From assembly GCF_004010195.1 (NCBI RefSeq), contig NC_057719.1, positions 50,916,913 through 50,980,912 on the forward strand: DNA of 64,000 nt, given 5' to 3'. Shown piece after piece: positions 11,671 to 25,977 of this stretch. The notes beneath the pieces are model-generated. The model ran no database searches, was not told the origin of the DNA, and saw only the letters and a program-made list of their open reading frames with translations. Made by a program: the position numbers and the translations under genes. Positions within the stretch are counted from its first letter, which is position 1. Every line of letters begins with the position of its first letter. This stretch comes from Chiloscyllium plagiosum. Lineage: Eukaryota.

Positions 11671-14600
11671 TTAACTCAGGAATTTTATTCTACTTCTCAC
11701 TGGAACTCTTTAGTGTTTTCCTTAAGATCATAGTTGTATTTTTATTCTACTTTATATCCTTGTCCTGCCTCTCTACCACCATATAATTCTACAGTTGAGA
11801 AATTAAATCTCACCTTAGATTACGAGTGCCATTTTGCATGTTCCTACAACAGGTGATTTACTTAAGAAGGCAGGAAAAGCCTTTGTTGATCTTGTTATCA
11901 TGAGATGCTCCACTTGGCAGCTTATTCAATCTCTGATACCCCAATGAGTCATTATGGATATTTTGTGTGTATCTCGGCTGCGAGTGCCATGGCTGGAGCA
12001 TGGAGCTACTCCCTGGATGAATTTACAATGAGGCATACATTACTATCATCATACTTCTGTGCTATTAATAAAATATGACCTCTGTGAGCAATTTAAATTG
12101 CCAGCAGAACTGCAGTGATTCACAACCTTGAAATACAAGTTGAAACTATAAAGGAAAATCTGCCATTCCAACATTCCCAGCAGGGAGCGTCATATGAAGG
12201 GAATGTGGATCTGGGAGGAAGGGATACATTAATGCGATCTTATCTACAACATATTCTCAGTACCATGAGAATTCTCATTGGGAGCACAGCAATCTGAAAA
12301 TTTATTTCATGTCAACAAACACAAGTGTAAACACTGCTCTTTGGAGGGACTCTTCTTTTTAAAGGCATCAAACTGTAACCATACAGATTGTCTTCTAAAT
12401 CACAACAGTGTCTTCACTTCAAAAATCCTTCATTATATATATAAAGCACTTTGAGACATTCTGAGGTGGTGAAAGGAGCTATGTAAATACAAGTTTTTCT
12501 CTACTCGAACTTGCATCTGCAACAAAAACAACGACGACAGCAAAAAAACCTTCACATTTTAACAAAGTGGCTGATGTTACAAAGGTATTTGCAAAGCAGA
12601 AGGTTGAAAAGGGTGTTGGAGAAGTGTCTTTGGCTAGCACATTCTATATCTTTGCACTCTTTCAAAGCAGATCTGCAATAAATCATCTAAATCTCATGGA
12701 CCAAATGGAAAAGGGTTTGGAGTCAGCAGGATTCTTTGATGCTGTGATGCCTCCCCAGATCTGTGGAGAATAGCAATAGTATTACATGCAATGAAATCCA
12801 ATATCTTTTTACCTGACAACCTATACATTTGCTGTGTGATGGTTATTGTCGGTAGTGACGTGCATTGCACACTTTCTTTTCCTGAAAAGTGAAGAGCATT
12901 CAAGAAGGATTCCAATGATTCTCTCTGTTTCCTGATAAGATTTTCTTGAATAAATAAAGGAAGTAATATTGGAATTATTCAGGGATCACCTATTTTAATC
13001 TGAACTCAGCTCCTTTGGCAACTGCTAGTATTATATATAAATACCTTTGATGTATATATAAAATACATGTGTAAATTACATAGAGATTGTACAACCTGTA
13101 AACAAATGCTTCTCTTTCTGATAGACTTCTGCTTATTCTGATAAGAAAAAGATCCAAAGCCTATGGTGATATGGCTGTCTTTTGTTTGTATTCGAATTGA
13201 TACCCTTATTGCCTACATTTGATTTGCTGAGGTGGCAGGTTAGCTATGTTGAATGGCATGATTGTTTTTGTATTAGCCTTCATCTTAGGCCCATCTGTTT
13301 TACATTAGTCAGACTTCACAGCCAAACGTTGCTGCCCTTCCTCTATCCTGACACTTGTAGCCCCCCCCACCCCCCCTCCATTATCAAAGTAAGCACAAAG
13401 AACTGCCTGGGTTAGCCTTACAGCTGTGCTTTACAGCTTGGAACTATTACCACAAAACAAGTAACACAGAACTTGAACCAGCACACATTCCTATTAGTTC
13501 CATATGTATTGTGAACTGTTCCATCAACAGTTTTGACATTAAATGTGATGTAGTCAGATCAGTATATAAAAGTGTTCAATAACATGGGATGGAATTTTCA
13601 CTCCCTGCTGTGGTGAGAGCAGTGGAGGTCAGCAAAATACAAGGAGAATGAAGCAATTATTAAAACATTAAGAAAAAGTTTTGCAATTTTCTCCTTGAAC
13701 CTTAAAATGGTGACTTCAGAATCTTGCCATCAAGTTGTGACTACTTATTTCCATGTAGTGCATTACATTGGTACCCCAACTCACTTTATTTGTACCCTAC
13801 TTCCAATTCTTTAATTCCTTCTTACTTTGGGAAGGAAAAAAGGCACAAATTCATGACTTTATTCAGGTAACCAGCAGCTGCAGCCCACCAATTGGTTGTT
13901 CTGGCCCACTTCCAAATGTTTCTTCATTATAATATCCCTAGATCCTCCATGACATCATAATGAAAGCTGTCAGGCCAATCTCACACCACTTTGGCACTTT
14001 GCTTTGGAGTTCGTGGATACCCTGTGACTCGCAAGCTTCTGCCAGGTTTCTTTACATACAGGGTCCCAGGATGCATCTCCTAACTCTTGGCTTGCTTTCT
14101 TAACACTCACTCACTTTGCAATTACTTTGCAGTCTCTGTCTACTTCACATTACTATCTTAGCACATGATGATTTACTTTAGTACTGAATTACAATAGGCA
14201 GTTCACATTGCTTTTTAGCATAGAGGAAGAGGCAGGACACTTGTCACAATGGGGAGCACTGAATAACCAAGGGGGTGGACATGTCATTGTATTGGACTGT
14301 GCTATATTAAAGTAACACATGCAGCATGTGCCAGCAAATTATGGACCAAACACACTACATGTGCTTCCAGCACGTGGCTACATGGGAAAGTTGAAGGGGA
14401 GCAGTCCTTAGTGAGGTGAGGTTTAGCTGCAGTCAGGCAGCTGGTACTGTCACAGTCAGTCGAAGGACTTACCTGATTTCAGATCCATGGGGCTGGCTCC
14501 AGTCAATCACACACTTGGTCCTACCAGACTGCAAAGATGCTTGTCCCTGCAGTCCAGGGATTCAGCTGTAGTCAGACCTACAAGTTAAGAGCAACCAATC

Positions 14601-14879
14601 TGAGAACAACAGTCAGTCCAGGTGATAGGCCACAGTTAGTCCTGGGGTCTTGGTCAGTAATGCTCAGGAGGCTTCTTGGTGAATGTTGATGGAGGTCCTG
14701 GGGTAAGCAGGCAACTCCATGCATGGGCTTCACTGTATTCAGTCAGTGAGAGATTGGTGACGGTGACAGTGACAGAGACTTCTCACTGATGAAGATTACT
14801 CTCGCCTCTACATGAGGACAATGTAGTACCAGTAAGGGTTTGGGAATCTCCAAAGCCATGATCTTGGAGGTTAAATTGG

Positions 14880-15240
14880 GCACCTGATTGGGTCTACAAA
14901 ATTGAAGGGGCATAGAGTGGAATAAACTTTTTCCCTTAGCAGAGGGTCAATTATCAGGGGGTCATAAAGTTTAAGAAAAGGGGCAAGATGTTTATAGGGC
15001 TTTAAGGAGAAATATTTTCATCCAGAGGTTGATGGGTATTTGGAAATCTGAAAATGCTTGAAATGGTTGTAGAGGCAGGCATCCATGCAGAAGTTAAGAA
15101 CTATATAGACTTCAAACCCCACAGCACACAAGGCTACAGACTTGGGAAATGGGATTTAGAGTAGATAGGTGCTTAATGAATGACACATACATGATAGGCC
15201 AAAGGGTCTCTTTCTATGCTGTGTACTCTCGGACTATAAA
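14880..15240 (+). mobile_element. Old CR1 3' fragment
   Basis: Degenerate match to the RGH...FF.QRV...W.... region and CR1 tail. Confidence 0.65.
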
Positions 15241-15458
15241 TTGAATATAAGAAGCTCAAGATAAGGCCTTAGAGATCACAGGAACAGAAACAAAAGAGAG
15301 CAAGATGAATGGAGGGAGCAGGATTTTTGTATCTCAGTTGAACTCACTTTACAATGTCAAATCATGAGACAACAGTGAAATAACTACATAAAACAGCTAA
15401 CACAACAAAGTGGGTAGAGTAACTTAGTTCAGGCTCTGCAAGAAGCAGTTGCAGTAAT

Positions 15459-16058
15459 CATAGAGTCAGAGATGTACAACACAGAAACATGCCCTTCAGT
15501 CTAATTTGACCAGATACTCTACATTAATCTAGTCCCACTTGCCAGCATTTGGCCCATATCCCTCCAAACCCTTGCTGCTCAAATAGCCATCCACATGCCT
15601 TTTAATTTTTGTAATTGTACCATCCTCCACCACCTCCTCTGGGAGCTCATTCCATATTCACACCATCCTCTGCATGAAAACATTGCTCCTTAGGTCCCTT
15701 TTAAATCTTTCCCCTCTCACCTTAAACCTATGCTCTCTAGTTTTGGACTTCCCTATCGTGGGAAAAAAGACCTTGTCTATTCACCCTATCCATGCCCCTC
15801 ATGATTTTATAAACTTCTATAAAGTCACCGCTCATCCTTTGACGCTCCAGGGAACATCAACCTATTCAGTCTCTCCCTATAGCTCAAATCCTCCAACCCT
15901 GGCAACATCCTTGTAATTTTTTTCTGAACCATGTCCAGTTACACAACATCCTTCCTATAGCAGGGAGACCAGAATTGAATGCAGTATTCCAAAGGTTGCC
16001 TATCCAATGTCCTGTACAGCCACACCATGACCTTCCAACTCCTATACTCAATACTCTG
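15459..16058 (-). mobile_element. CR1 (HER1-type) 3' fragment
   Basis: Reverse complement of 22623-23070 and 57190-57765; tail catagagtcagagatgtac. Confidence 0.85.
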
Positions 16059-16379
16059 ACTGTCCACTTATTCAGTAAAGCTGTCCATCCTTCAATTGAG
16101 CTTACCGAGTGCTTCTGACAAACCTGCCTGCTGTTCCTGTATCTGTCTGCATTTTGCTGAGGTCATGAATGGCTGAGACCATTTGATCACGTTCTGCCTG
16201 GGACTGACTAGGTGTCCAGTTTCTGGTAATCCCCTGGGTGCTTTTGGCCAGCTGCAGAGACATGTCAGTGACATGCTCACCAAATTGTGCACCCAATTCT
16301 AATCGAGATAAAGTAACCATTGAAATAATTCTGAGCTGGTTCAGGAGAGATTATTAAGAAGATTCCAGAATACGTAATC

Positions 16380-18790
16380 GGACAGAGAATATAGAAAGGG
16401 TCAAGAACCTAACTTCAAACACAGCAAATAAGGGGATAAATATGAAAAGAGAGTAGTCAATGCAGAGCCGAGGGTGTTGTACTTAAATGTGCACGTTATA
16501 CAAAACAAGGTAAATGAAATTGAACACAACCACCTGATGAAGAAGCAGTGCTAGTGCTTCTAAATAAACCTGTTGGACTACTAGCTGGTGTTGTGAGATT
16601 TTTAACGGAGATTGAAATTGGCAGGTACAGTGTTGTGGGTATCACAGATGTGGCTGATCAGGGTCAGAAACTAACTATCCAAGGGTACTCATCCTAATGA
16701 AAGGATGGACAGGTGGACAGAGGGGTTGGGGTTGCCATTTAAGAAATTAGAACCTTAAAAAGTAGGCTCCCTTCCAATAAACTCTGGCCAGCTCCTCTCC
16801 CTCATGTCTTTGTAGTTATCGTTACTGAATTATGATATTGTTGCATCTGATTCAAGCTTCTCCCTCTCAAACTGCTGGGTGAATTCTATTGTATTATGGT
16901 CACTTCCCCTTGGGGTTCCTTCTCCTCAGGTGAAGCTTTTATTGATAGAGGGATTCAGTTTCGGAACCATGAGGTCATGCTGCAGCTGCACAAAACTCTG
17001 ATGCGGCCGCACTTGGAATATTGCATACAGTTCTGGTCATCGCATTATAGGAAGGATATGGAAGCTTTGGAAAGGATTCAGAGGAAATTTACTAGGATGT
17101 TGCCTGGTACGGAGGGCAGGTTTTATGAGGAAAGACTGAGGGATTTGAGGCTGTTTTTGTTAGAGAGAAGAAGGTTGAGATGTGACTTAATTGAGACATA
17201 TAAGATAATCAGAGGGTTAGATAGGGCAGAACCTTTTTTTCGGAGGTAATGGCTATCACCAGGGGACATAGCTTTAAATTGTGGGGTGATAGATATTGGA
17301 CAGATGTCAGAGGTAGTTCTTTACTCAGAGCGTCGTAGGGGTATGGAACGCACAGCTTGCAACAGTAGTAGACTCACCAAATTTAAGGACATTTAAATGA
17401 TCATTGGATAGGCATATGAACGAGAATGGAATAGTGCAGATTAAATGGACTTCAGATTGGTTCCACAGGTCAGTGCAACATTGAGGAGTGAATGGTCTGT
17501 ACTGCACTGTTATGTTCGATGTTCTCAAGCTCCTTATTCAAATCTGCCTCATTACACATCACCAGATCCAAAACTGCCTGTTCTCTAATGGAGTCTACCA
17601 CAAGCTGCTCCTAAAAGTCCATCTCTGATAAACAGTCCATGAATTTCTTTTCTTGGATCCACTACCAACCCGATTTTCCCAGACCACCTTTATGTTGAAG
17701 TCCCCCATGATTGTATGCGTCTTCTCCCTCCTAATTTATTTTCTGGCTCACATCCTGACTACTGCTGGGACACTGTCCATAACTCCCATCAGGGTCTTTT
17801 TTTTTCTTTGTGGTTCCTCAACTCTACCCAGACAGATTCTTCTCCTTCTGATCCTATGTCACTTCTTGCTATAAATCTAAATTCATTTCTTGCTAACAAG
17901 GCACCTCTGTCCATCTGCCTGTCCTTTTGATAGAACACCTATCCTTGGATATTTGGTTCCCAGCTCTGATTACCTTGCAGCTGTGTCAATTTTAATCTGT
18001 GCGACAAGCTCATTTAAGTACAATTCTCTCAGTCCTGCATTGACAGTCCCCTTCTCATAGTTGTCCCCTTATCTTCTGTTCATAGTCTCTGGCCTATTAC
18101 ATGTTCTGGAAACTTTAATAATCTCTCCTGAGCCCTCCAACTGTTTCCATAATTTTCTATGCAATTGAACCCACCCCTACTGCTAACTAGTCGAAAGCTC
18201 TATCGACAGTCCTCGTTATTTCAATCAACCAGAACTCTGGTACCTGCATGACTCAGCTATAGGAGATAGTGAGGTCTGCAGATACTGGAGAATCAGAGTC
18301 GATAAAGTGTGGCACTGGAAAAAGCACAGCTGTAGCCTGTCCCATCAGAACAGCTCCATCCTTCTTCAGAACTGATGTATTCCATGCATTTGAATGTGTT
18401 TCTCCCATATCAACGTTTGAGCCACGCTTTTACTTCTTAATCTTATCGACCCTGTACCAATTTGTTCATGGCTCAGATAGTAACCAGAGATTATTACCTT
18501 TTTGATTCTGCCTTTTCATTTCGCTCATATTCACTCCACAGATCCTCTCACTTTCTGTCCATTGATACCTACATGGGCCACAACTGGATCTATCTATACC
18601 ACTCCAAGTTCCTCTGCAGCCCAGATGAGATGCCCGAACCCAACACCAGGCAATTAACACGGCTTTTGGGACTCTCAATACTGGCCACAGAAAACAGTGT
18701 CTATTCCCTGGACTGTATTATCCCTGATTACAATGACATTCCTTTTTCTCCCTCTTCTGGAATGCTTTTAGTTTGCAAGAGCTTTAGTTT
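16380..18790. mobile_element. Cluster of nested CR1 fragments: + endonuclease start, - strand ORF1/endonuclease, and a younger + 3' copy at about 16930-17525
   Basis: RPHLEYCIQFWS...LERIQRKFTRMLPG at 16896-17249. Reverse-strand GDFNIK and other endonuclease motifs near 17690. Small Penelope terminal pieces at about 16525-16605 and 18260-18332. Confidence 0.75.
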
Positions 18791-20204
18791 GACATAGTTC
18801 TTCAATATTTATGAACTACATAAGTGTTTTTCTTTAGCTTATATAGCTTCTTGCATTTTCCACATTGATATTCAAAGTGTGATGTACAGGCTTATGGCAC
18901 AATACTGTCAGTTCAAGGAGCTCAGCAACTATTAGCATGTTGCACTGCACGTGAGCAGAACATAAAAAGGAGTGATTGCTTCAGCTGCCAATTGAAATGA
19001 GTTGCTTCATCTCATGTCATTTTAATTTCGTATTAATTATTATTAATAATATTAATTTAAATCATTGCTAGCTACATGGGAGTAACTTTTAACTCATGTC
19101 TGTTAAATAAATTCCATTAATCTGTTAACTTCAGTCCTTTCCTTCCTGCCTTCAATTTTGCCAATGAAAAGCATTCTTCCCAAACTCTGTGTTATTACAA
19201 GAGGTCTGAGAATGGATAATTTTGCTCTCATTTTACAACCATAAAAATAGATTAGAAAAACATTTAATATACAGTGTGAGAACTGTGGGGTACACTTTCA
19301 GCAGAGTGTAGCAGCCACCATATTGGTACAGGCATCTAAACACCTTCCAGAGCCTGCAGTCCTCTGCATTAAGCAAGCATTGTCAACATCATTTGCAAGA
19401 AAGGGGTCTAGAATCTTTTTTTCATGTCTCCTTTCCAAACTGTTTTGCTCTGAATGCAGCTGGTATCTATCTATATCTCACATTTTATTAATCAACAATT
19501 CTTAAAAGGACCAACAAGAGACTGATCACCATTTAAACTAAGTTTTGTAAAATATACCTATCAACATGTGAACTTGAATTTAACTCTGAAGAATGTCAAA
19601 TTTGAATTGTTTTAAAAGCAGGTCTGTGGAAATGGAAGGAGCAGGGCCTGTTGTCAGCTCCTACTCAGTCCCCTTCTAATCTTGGCGCCAACACTTTCCG
19701 AGTCATACTTGAGGTCCACTATGGCAACACAACAGGCAGGAATTGATCATATTTCACTGACAAGCACTTTCAGAACACCCAGCGTGTGTCTGCAGATATC
19801 CAGTCTCATAAATAAAGTTCAATATTGCACGTACCTCAGGTTTATCCATTACAGTGAAGGGACAGAATTTAGAAGTCCAATATTACCATTTCAGCAGAAT
19901 TTTAGTTAGAATAAAAGTTGTCTTAAAATTACATAATCTTCAATACTTAGAACATTTTGAAGAGTGCTTCTTTTTGGCTTTTGAACAATTTTATTGCTGA
20001 ATTAATTTCTTTACAATACTTTGGCAAAAATGCTTGAAGCAATGTTTTGTGAATCAAATCTGATAATGTGAGAAAGTAAAATTGATTATTTGGTGTAAAC
20101 AGACATTAGCCCTGAGCTTCTGTGAGAGTTCTCTCCATTTCTTTGCAGAAATTTGAGAGAATCTTGGAGCCTCTGAACAAATGGAATAGGTAAAAATTAA
20201 GGGA

Positions 20205-20545
20205 GCGTTGATAGTGTAATGACGGTGTTACAGGGCTATTAATTCAGAACCCCAGGTTAAAATGCTTGAGGGTCAAGAGTTCAAATCCCACCATGGCAGA
20301 TGGTGAAATTTGAATTCAATAAAAATCTGGATTATCTAGCCTAATTACAGACACGTAGCCTCTGTCAATTGTTCTAAAAATCTATCTGGTTAATTGATTT
20401 TCTTTAGGGAAGGAAATCTGCCTTCATGTGTCTCCAGACTCACAGCAATGTGGTTGACTCTTAGCCCCCACCTCTATATAATTAGAGATGAGCATTAAAA
20501 GTTGCCCTGACCAGTGATACCCACATTCCGTGAACAAATAAAAAG
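20205..20545 (+). mobile_element. tRNA-derived SINE, same family as 6826-7530
   Basis: Shares gttcaaatcccaccatggcagatggtgaaatttgaattcaataaaaatctgg and the 3' tail. Confidence 0.75.
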
Positions 20546-20999
20546 TGAAGACGCCATTTGCAGCCTTTTCTGAGGACCGTTCCATAGACATGGCAGGAGA
20601 TTGCTTGAGTAAGTCCTTGTTAAAATTTAAAAGACCATGATTAAAGAACAATTCAATCAACTAGTGCCTTCTTTAAAGATATATTACAATAACGCAGGCA
20701 TGAGAAATGTATTCCACAACTGGAATGCAAACAAATGCATAAAACTGTACAAGGAGTCAAAAACAATTATGGAAAATCATGCAACCACTGTGGAGGACCT
20801 TTTTAGGAAAGGGAAACCATTGAAAAAGGAGTTGGAGAATCTCAAAAGCATAGTGCAATTATGGCTAAAGTGAGGAAGTGGAAATGTTTCTCAATGAGTA
20901 CTTAGCTACCATATTTACAACAATTGAAGGAAATTGTTAAGGTTATGAATACATAAAACAATAATCATGCATTAGTAAGGAAATAATTAAAGAACTAAG

Positions 21000-22410
21000 A
21001 ACAGTAACAGCACAGCAAAGCCTCTTTGGCCCACTAAGTCTGTACCAACACATGACACCCTTCTAAACTAAAAACCTTTTGCCTCAATGCAGTCTGTTTC
21101 CCTCTCTTGCCTGCCTGTTTTCATATATCCATCAAGATGCAACTTAAGCATTGCTACTCCATCTGCTTTTATCACTCCTCTGGCAGTGTGTTCCACCTAC
21201 CATTCTCTGTGTAAAAAAAAATCCTTCATCTCTTTAAAACTCACCCCTTTTTACCTTAAACCTACGTCTTCTGGTATTTCTACCCTGGGAAAAAGATTCC
21301 AATGACCCATTCTAGCCATGCCTCTCAATTTTGTAAACTTCTATCAGATTGCCCCTCAGCCTCTGACACTCAAGTGAAAACAAATGAAGTTTGTCCAATC
21401 TCTTCTCATAGCTAATATCCTCCAAACAAGGCAACATCCTGGTAAACCATTTCTATTCCCTTTCCAAAACCTCTACATCCTTCTGATAGGGTGGCAACCA
21501 GAATTATATGTAATATTTTGAAATACGGCCTTACTAAAGTTCTGTAAGTGCAACATGATTTGCCAATTTGTGTATTCATGCCATAGCTACTTGACTAACT
21601 TATCCACTTTTTTTTGCCACTTTCAGTGTACTATGAAACTATACACCTAAATCCCTCTATGTTAGTGCTTCGAAAGATTCTGCTATTCACTGTATACTTG
21701 CCTTCTGCATTAGACCTTCCAAAATGCATTAACTTGCATTTGTCTGGATTTAATTCCATCTGCCTTTCCTCCACTCAAGCTGTATCCTCTGGCAATCCTC
21801 CTCACTATCTGCAGGTCTTCTACAAACTTACTAAATCTAACCATCTGCATTCTGCTCCAAATTATTTATATATCACTAATAAGTGCCCTAGCACAGAACC
21901 CTTTGGAACACCACTGGTCACAATCTCCAGTCAGAGAAACAAGCTTCCACTGCTATTCTGTCTATAGTCAAGTCAGTTCTGTATCCATCTTACCAGCTCA
22001 CTACTGATCCAATGTGGCTTCACCCTCTGTATTGACTTGCCATTAAGGACATTGTTAAAGGCCTTGCTAAAGTTTGACAATGCCCTAAATCATCTTTGTC
22101 ACTGCTTCAAAGAACTCAATCAAATTTGAGAAACGCAACATTCCCCTCACAAAGCCATGCTGCCTACTTCTAATAAGTCCATATTTTTCAAAATGTGAGT
22201 AAATCCTGACCCTAAGAATCTTCTCCAAATATTTCTTTACCAGCAACGTAAGGTTTACTGGGCTGTAATTTCCCATATCATCCCTGTTGACCTTTTTAAA
22301 GCAGCAACATTGGCTATTCTCCAGTCCTTTGGGACCTCTCGTGACTAAAGAGGATACAGACATTTCATATAAGACCCCAATAATTTTCTACCTCAGTATT
22401 CTGGAATAGA
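21000..22410 (-). mobile_element. CR1 LINE ORF2 fragment (RT to 3' end)
   Basis: Minus-strand NYSPVNLTLLVKKYLEKIL...QHGFVRG...NLIEFFE, plus the CR1 tail at about 21000. Confidence 0.8.
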
Positions 22411-22549
22411 TTCAAAACAAAAGTTCTAAATAAAGCAAAAAAAAACTTATAAAAATAGTAATCACTGCTCCAAGAAAAATAGAGGAAATCAGCTCAAGCA
22501 CTGAAAAAAAAACTCAAAAAAAAGGAACAGCTCTCACAGTCATGATTCT

Positions 22550-23070
22550 CTATCATGCACCATTTTGGATGTTTTCATGAACTACAGTTAAACTTGAAAG
22601 CATTCAAAAAAGATTTACACGTATGTTGCCGGGTTTGGAGAATTTCATCTATACGGAGAGGCTGAATAGGCTGGGGCTATTTTCCCTGGAGATTCAGAGG
22701 CTGAAGGGTGACCTTATAGAGGTTTATAATATCTTGAGCAGCATGGATTGGGTCAATAGCCAAAGTCTTCTTCCTAGGGTAGAGGAGTCCAAAACTAGAG
22801 GGCATAGGTTTACAGTGAGAGGGGAAAGATTTAAAAGGGACCCAAGGGACAATGTTTTCATGCAGAGGAACAAGCTGCCAGAGGAGGTGGAGGAGTTTGG
22901 CATAATTACAACATTTAAAAGGCATCTGAATCGATATATGAATAGGAATGGTTTAGAGGGATATGGGCCAAATGCTGCCAAATGGGACTAGATTAATTTA
23001 AGATATCGCAGCATGGATGTGTTGGACCAAAAGGTCTGTTTCTCTGCTGTACAATTCTGTGACTCTATGA
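22550..23070 (+). mobile_element. CR1 (HER1-type) 3' fragment
   Basis: ORF 22623-22991 MLPGLE...ERLNRLGLFSLE...RGHRF...GLEGYGPNAAKWD, the CR1 ORF2 C-terminus. Confidence 0.9.
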
Positions 23071-23239
23071 GAGCCCATCTAGTCCTGGGGAATTGTCTAA
23101 TACTTTTCAAAATACCCAACACCACATTTTTGGGGATTTATCTATTTTTAATCCCAGTGCCAGATGTTGCACATAAAACATTGAAGGAATTGGGAGAAGG
23201 ACTTTGTGTTTCTTTTCCAATCTGTTTTCATTGCTTTTG

Positions 23240-25977
23240 ATTCAGATGACCGCAAATGAATCACACAATGGTTGTCTTCTGTAGCAGGCAGTGTGTCTTA
23301 ACTGACAGTGCACAAGTGTAGACAAGCCATGCATACACTGGAAACATCCAGACAATGTACCACCTTCCATTAGATTGGCAGGATTCCTAGTGAGGAAGGG
23401 TCCAATCAACTTTGTGCATATGTTTCTGCAGGGAGATGTTCCCCAACTACAAAGGTCATCACTATGAACATTCAGTTAATGCATGACCATGGTCAGAAAA
23501 TCCTTTTGGATTTTCCTTGAATGCCTGCAAACCTGACAGCAGTCACAATGCCTTCATCTCATGACAGTCAGTTGTACCTCCCAACTTTGAGCTCCCACAT
23601 TGACCCAAAAGTTGGCAGCTGAGTGATAAGAGATTTCCACTGACTAATATCTTGTTACCTGACTACACTAAGACAGTGTGCTCTTAACAAAAACCATTCA
23701 GCAACCAGAAATGTTGTGGGCCCAACCTTTGGTGTTCTGAAGCAATGGCTCCTCTGTCTGATCTGCTGATAATATCTTCCATTACACAGCAGGCTTTTGA
23801 TAGGTTGCAGAGCACACAGACTTTCCATCATGAGAAGAAGAGGAGGAATCAAGGTAGCTTCACTAAAGACAGGTTTTTCACGAGTAGGCACTGTGACACT
23901 GACTCACTTAAGAACACAATATTTACACATTTCCCATTTTGTTCTATCTGTTATGTACTAATCACAGGATCCATTAGTGCAAAATCTGAAAATTAAAATC
24001 ACTAACAAAAAAAATCTTAATTGATTGTATCAAAGAGCACTCGATAATAAATACAAAATCATATTCATCATTGTGCATACCTTTAGTTCCAGTATTACAG
24101 TTATCTTGGCCTGGCTCAGTGCTCCTCAATAATAATACTCCAGAGGCTGCAGCATGGCTGGCGGAAGGCTGCTGAACATCATTGGGGGATACTGAAGATT
24201 GCTTTGAAGGTTGGTTGAATGATGTTCTTGGAGTGACAATGGTGAATATATAGGTATTGTCATCCTGACACAAGAGGTTCATAAACCATGGAACAAAAGC
24301 ACTACTCAAATGTACAACCGCCTGCAAGCTCTGATCCATTGATTAATGCGAGGCAGTGTGACAATGACACAAAATATAGTAGTGATGACCTCACTTTAAT
24401 TTTTATTGCATCTCTGATTTTTGGTGGCTTCTGTCTATGCTGTAGTGGAAACTCAGACATCAAACACTCCATCACGGGTGTGTCTGCCAATGCCCTCATG
24501 GAGTTGGCCACCACTTCCAAGGAGGGAATAATGGATACCAAGATCTGTACAAAGGTCCTTGGAAACATGAAGCCCAACTCCATTAAGTTTCTTGGCAATG
24601 ACAAACGTACTGTTTAGCAAGCTTGTCAAGGTGCCAAATACAAGAACATCAGTATTTTCTTGTTCGCCACCCCATTAACATTCTAATCAAATTAATGTGT
24701 CCCTGCAGCAGAACCTACCTGTATTCTGCTGATTTGGAGAGCTAGCACACAAACATTCTTTTCCTGTTGGCCTAGCTGCAGGCTTTTAATGCCCAGTGAC
24801 CCCAAACAACCCTCAAGACAATAAGTAGTAAGATAGCAGACCATTCAACCCTTCAAATCACTGCCATTCAATTAGTCAGATCAGGCTGATCTTCTACTTC
24901 ATCATTTTCCTGTACTATCCCTGTGTCCTTTAGTCTGTAGAAATATAGTAATTTGAATCTTAACACATGAGCCTCCATAGTCCACTTAAGTCAGCACACA
25001 GTCAATTTATCAGCTGGTGGTTGAAAGTGTCATGTCAAATGACTATTTCTTCATCAAACCCTTCAACATGGGACTGCATTGGTTGGCCGGGTAACACATA
25101 TTTGATACCTGAAAGCAAAAATACAAAAGGGGATAATTGAGGGAAGGGACTTGGATGGAAAGCAATTGGTGTGAGGTCACATTTGCGAAGTTGCATTAGG
25201 GAAGGAACTCAACATCATCCTGAAAGTTCTCAGTGATGAAGAATGGAGTAACCTCTGTCAAAGCTGGCCCCATGATATGGAGTACTGACAACCTCCAGAG
25301 GGCTCAGGAAATGTCAGAGTGCCTGTCTCCTACCATCATATCATTTCCCTTCATGTTATGGGCTAGTTTGTCCAGTCATTGTGTTGCAGTGTATTTGGGT
25401 GATGTGCCTGCTACAGTGTAATAGCTAAAAGAATGTAGAAACAAGAAGTTGAGAGAAAAACTAGCAGCATTTGGTATAAGTGGGAGGGCAAGGTGGGATA
25501 TCAGATTGTTGGGCATGAGTGTCAATTGCTCAAGATTAGCTATGGGTAAATGATAGGCATGTTGTGTATTAATCATCATTAAAAAAAAATCAAGGGCTTC
25601 CTGGCCTCCTGTCGATACTTGCTGTCTCTCCTCCTTGCTTCCACCTGAGCTACTGTCACCAACACCTTCAAATACCAGAGACCTGACTTTCCTATTCCTC
25701 CATTTTCTTGCTTTTCCTTCTTGGGTAGACAATCTGCTGCCTCTGCAGAACAAATGCATCATGTTTTCAGAGGAGCAGCTGCCTTTAAGATGTGCATTTA
25801 ATTCGCTCTGATACTTGGCTTTCCTGTTAACTATTTAACCAGGTAGCAACTGAAATCATTTCATTAAAGAGCAAGCAGAAGGTTTATATGGTGCCTGTTT
25901 CAACTGGAGTAGCTTATGGGTTTTGCAGCTCCCCATCCCCTCACCCTAAAAGCAGGTCAAAGTGAAGTTTCTCCCCC
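23240..25977. mobile_element. Fossil PIF/Harbinger DNA transposon: transposase on +, Myb/SANT-like ORF2 on -, convergent
   Basis: + strand 23370-23760 gives, across frameshifts, LAGF..KGPINFVH / NYKG.H.MNIQLMHDH / PDSSHNAFI / SWQLSDKRFPL / NKNHSATRNVVGPTFGVLKQWLLCL. These parallel the HARBI1-type motifs GAIDCTH, NRKG.HS.NVQ..CD, PGS.HDA, GWLLGD.GYPL and H..TR..VE..FG.LK.RF.CL. The - strand has KLAHN-like sequence near 25370. TIR-like end gaagtttctcccc at about 25965-25977. Confidence 0.75.

Larger units (their letters stand above)
13586..16350. mobile_element. Possible old PIF/Harbinger-related remnant, interrupted by CR1 copies
   Basis: Begins with the TIR-like gggatggaattttc, whose reverse complement ggaaaattccaccc occurs near 8138. 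A minus-strand coding-like stretch at 16102-16320 ends at a gtaagc donor. No clear DDE motifs were seen. Confidence 0.3.

Noticed and set aside
12813..12882. Minus-strand splice-bounded segment (KESVQCTSLPTITITQQMYRLS), and a similar one near 37390-37428
   Set aside because: They are isolated, match no recognisable protein, and are expected by chance in 64 kb.
20149..20189. 41-nt + strand pseudo-exon (tttctttgcag|...AG|gtaaaa)
   Set aside because: It is open only in phase 0, incompatible with the upstream phase-1 exon, and has no recognisable homology.
23974..24617. Overlapping 100-121 aa ORFs with splice-like sites, as a host gene
   Set aside because: Better explained as the decayed Harbinger ORF2 next to the transposase remnant.
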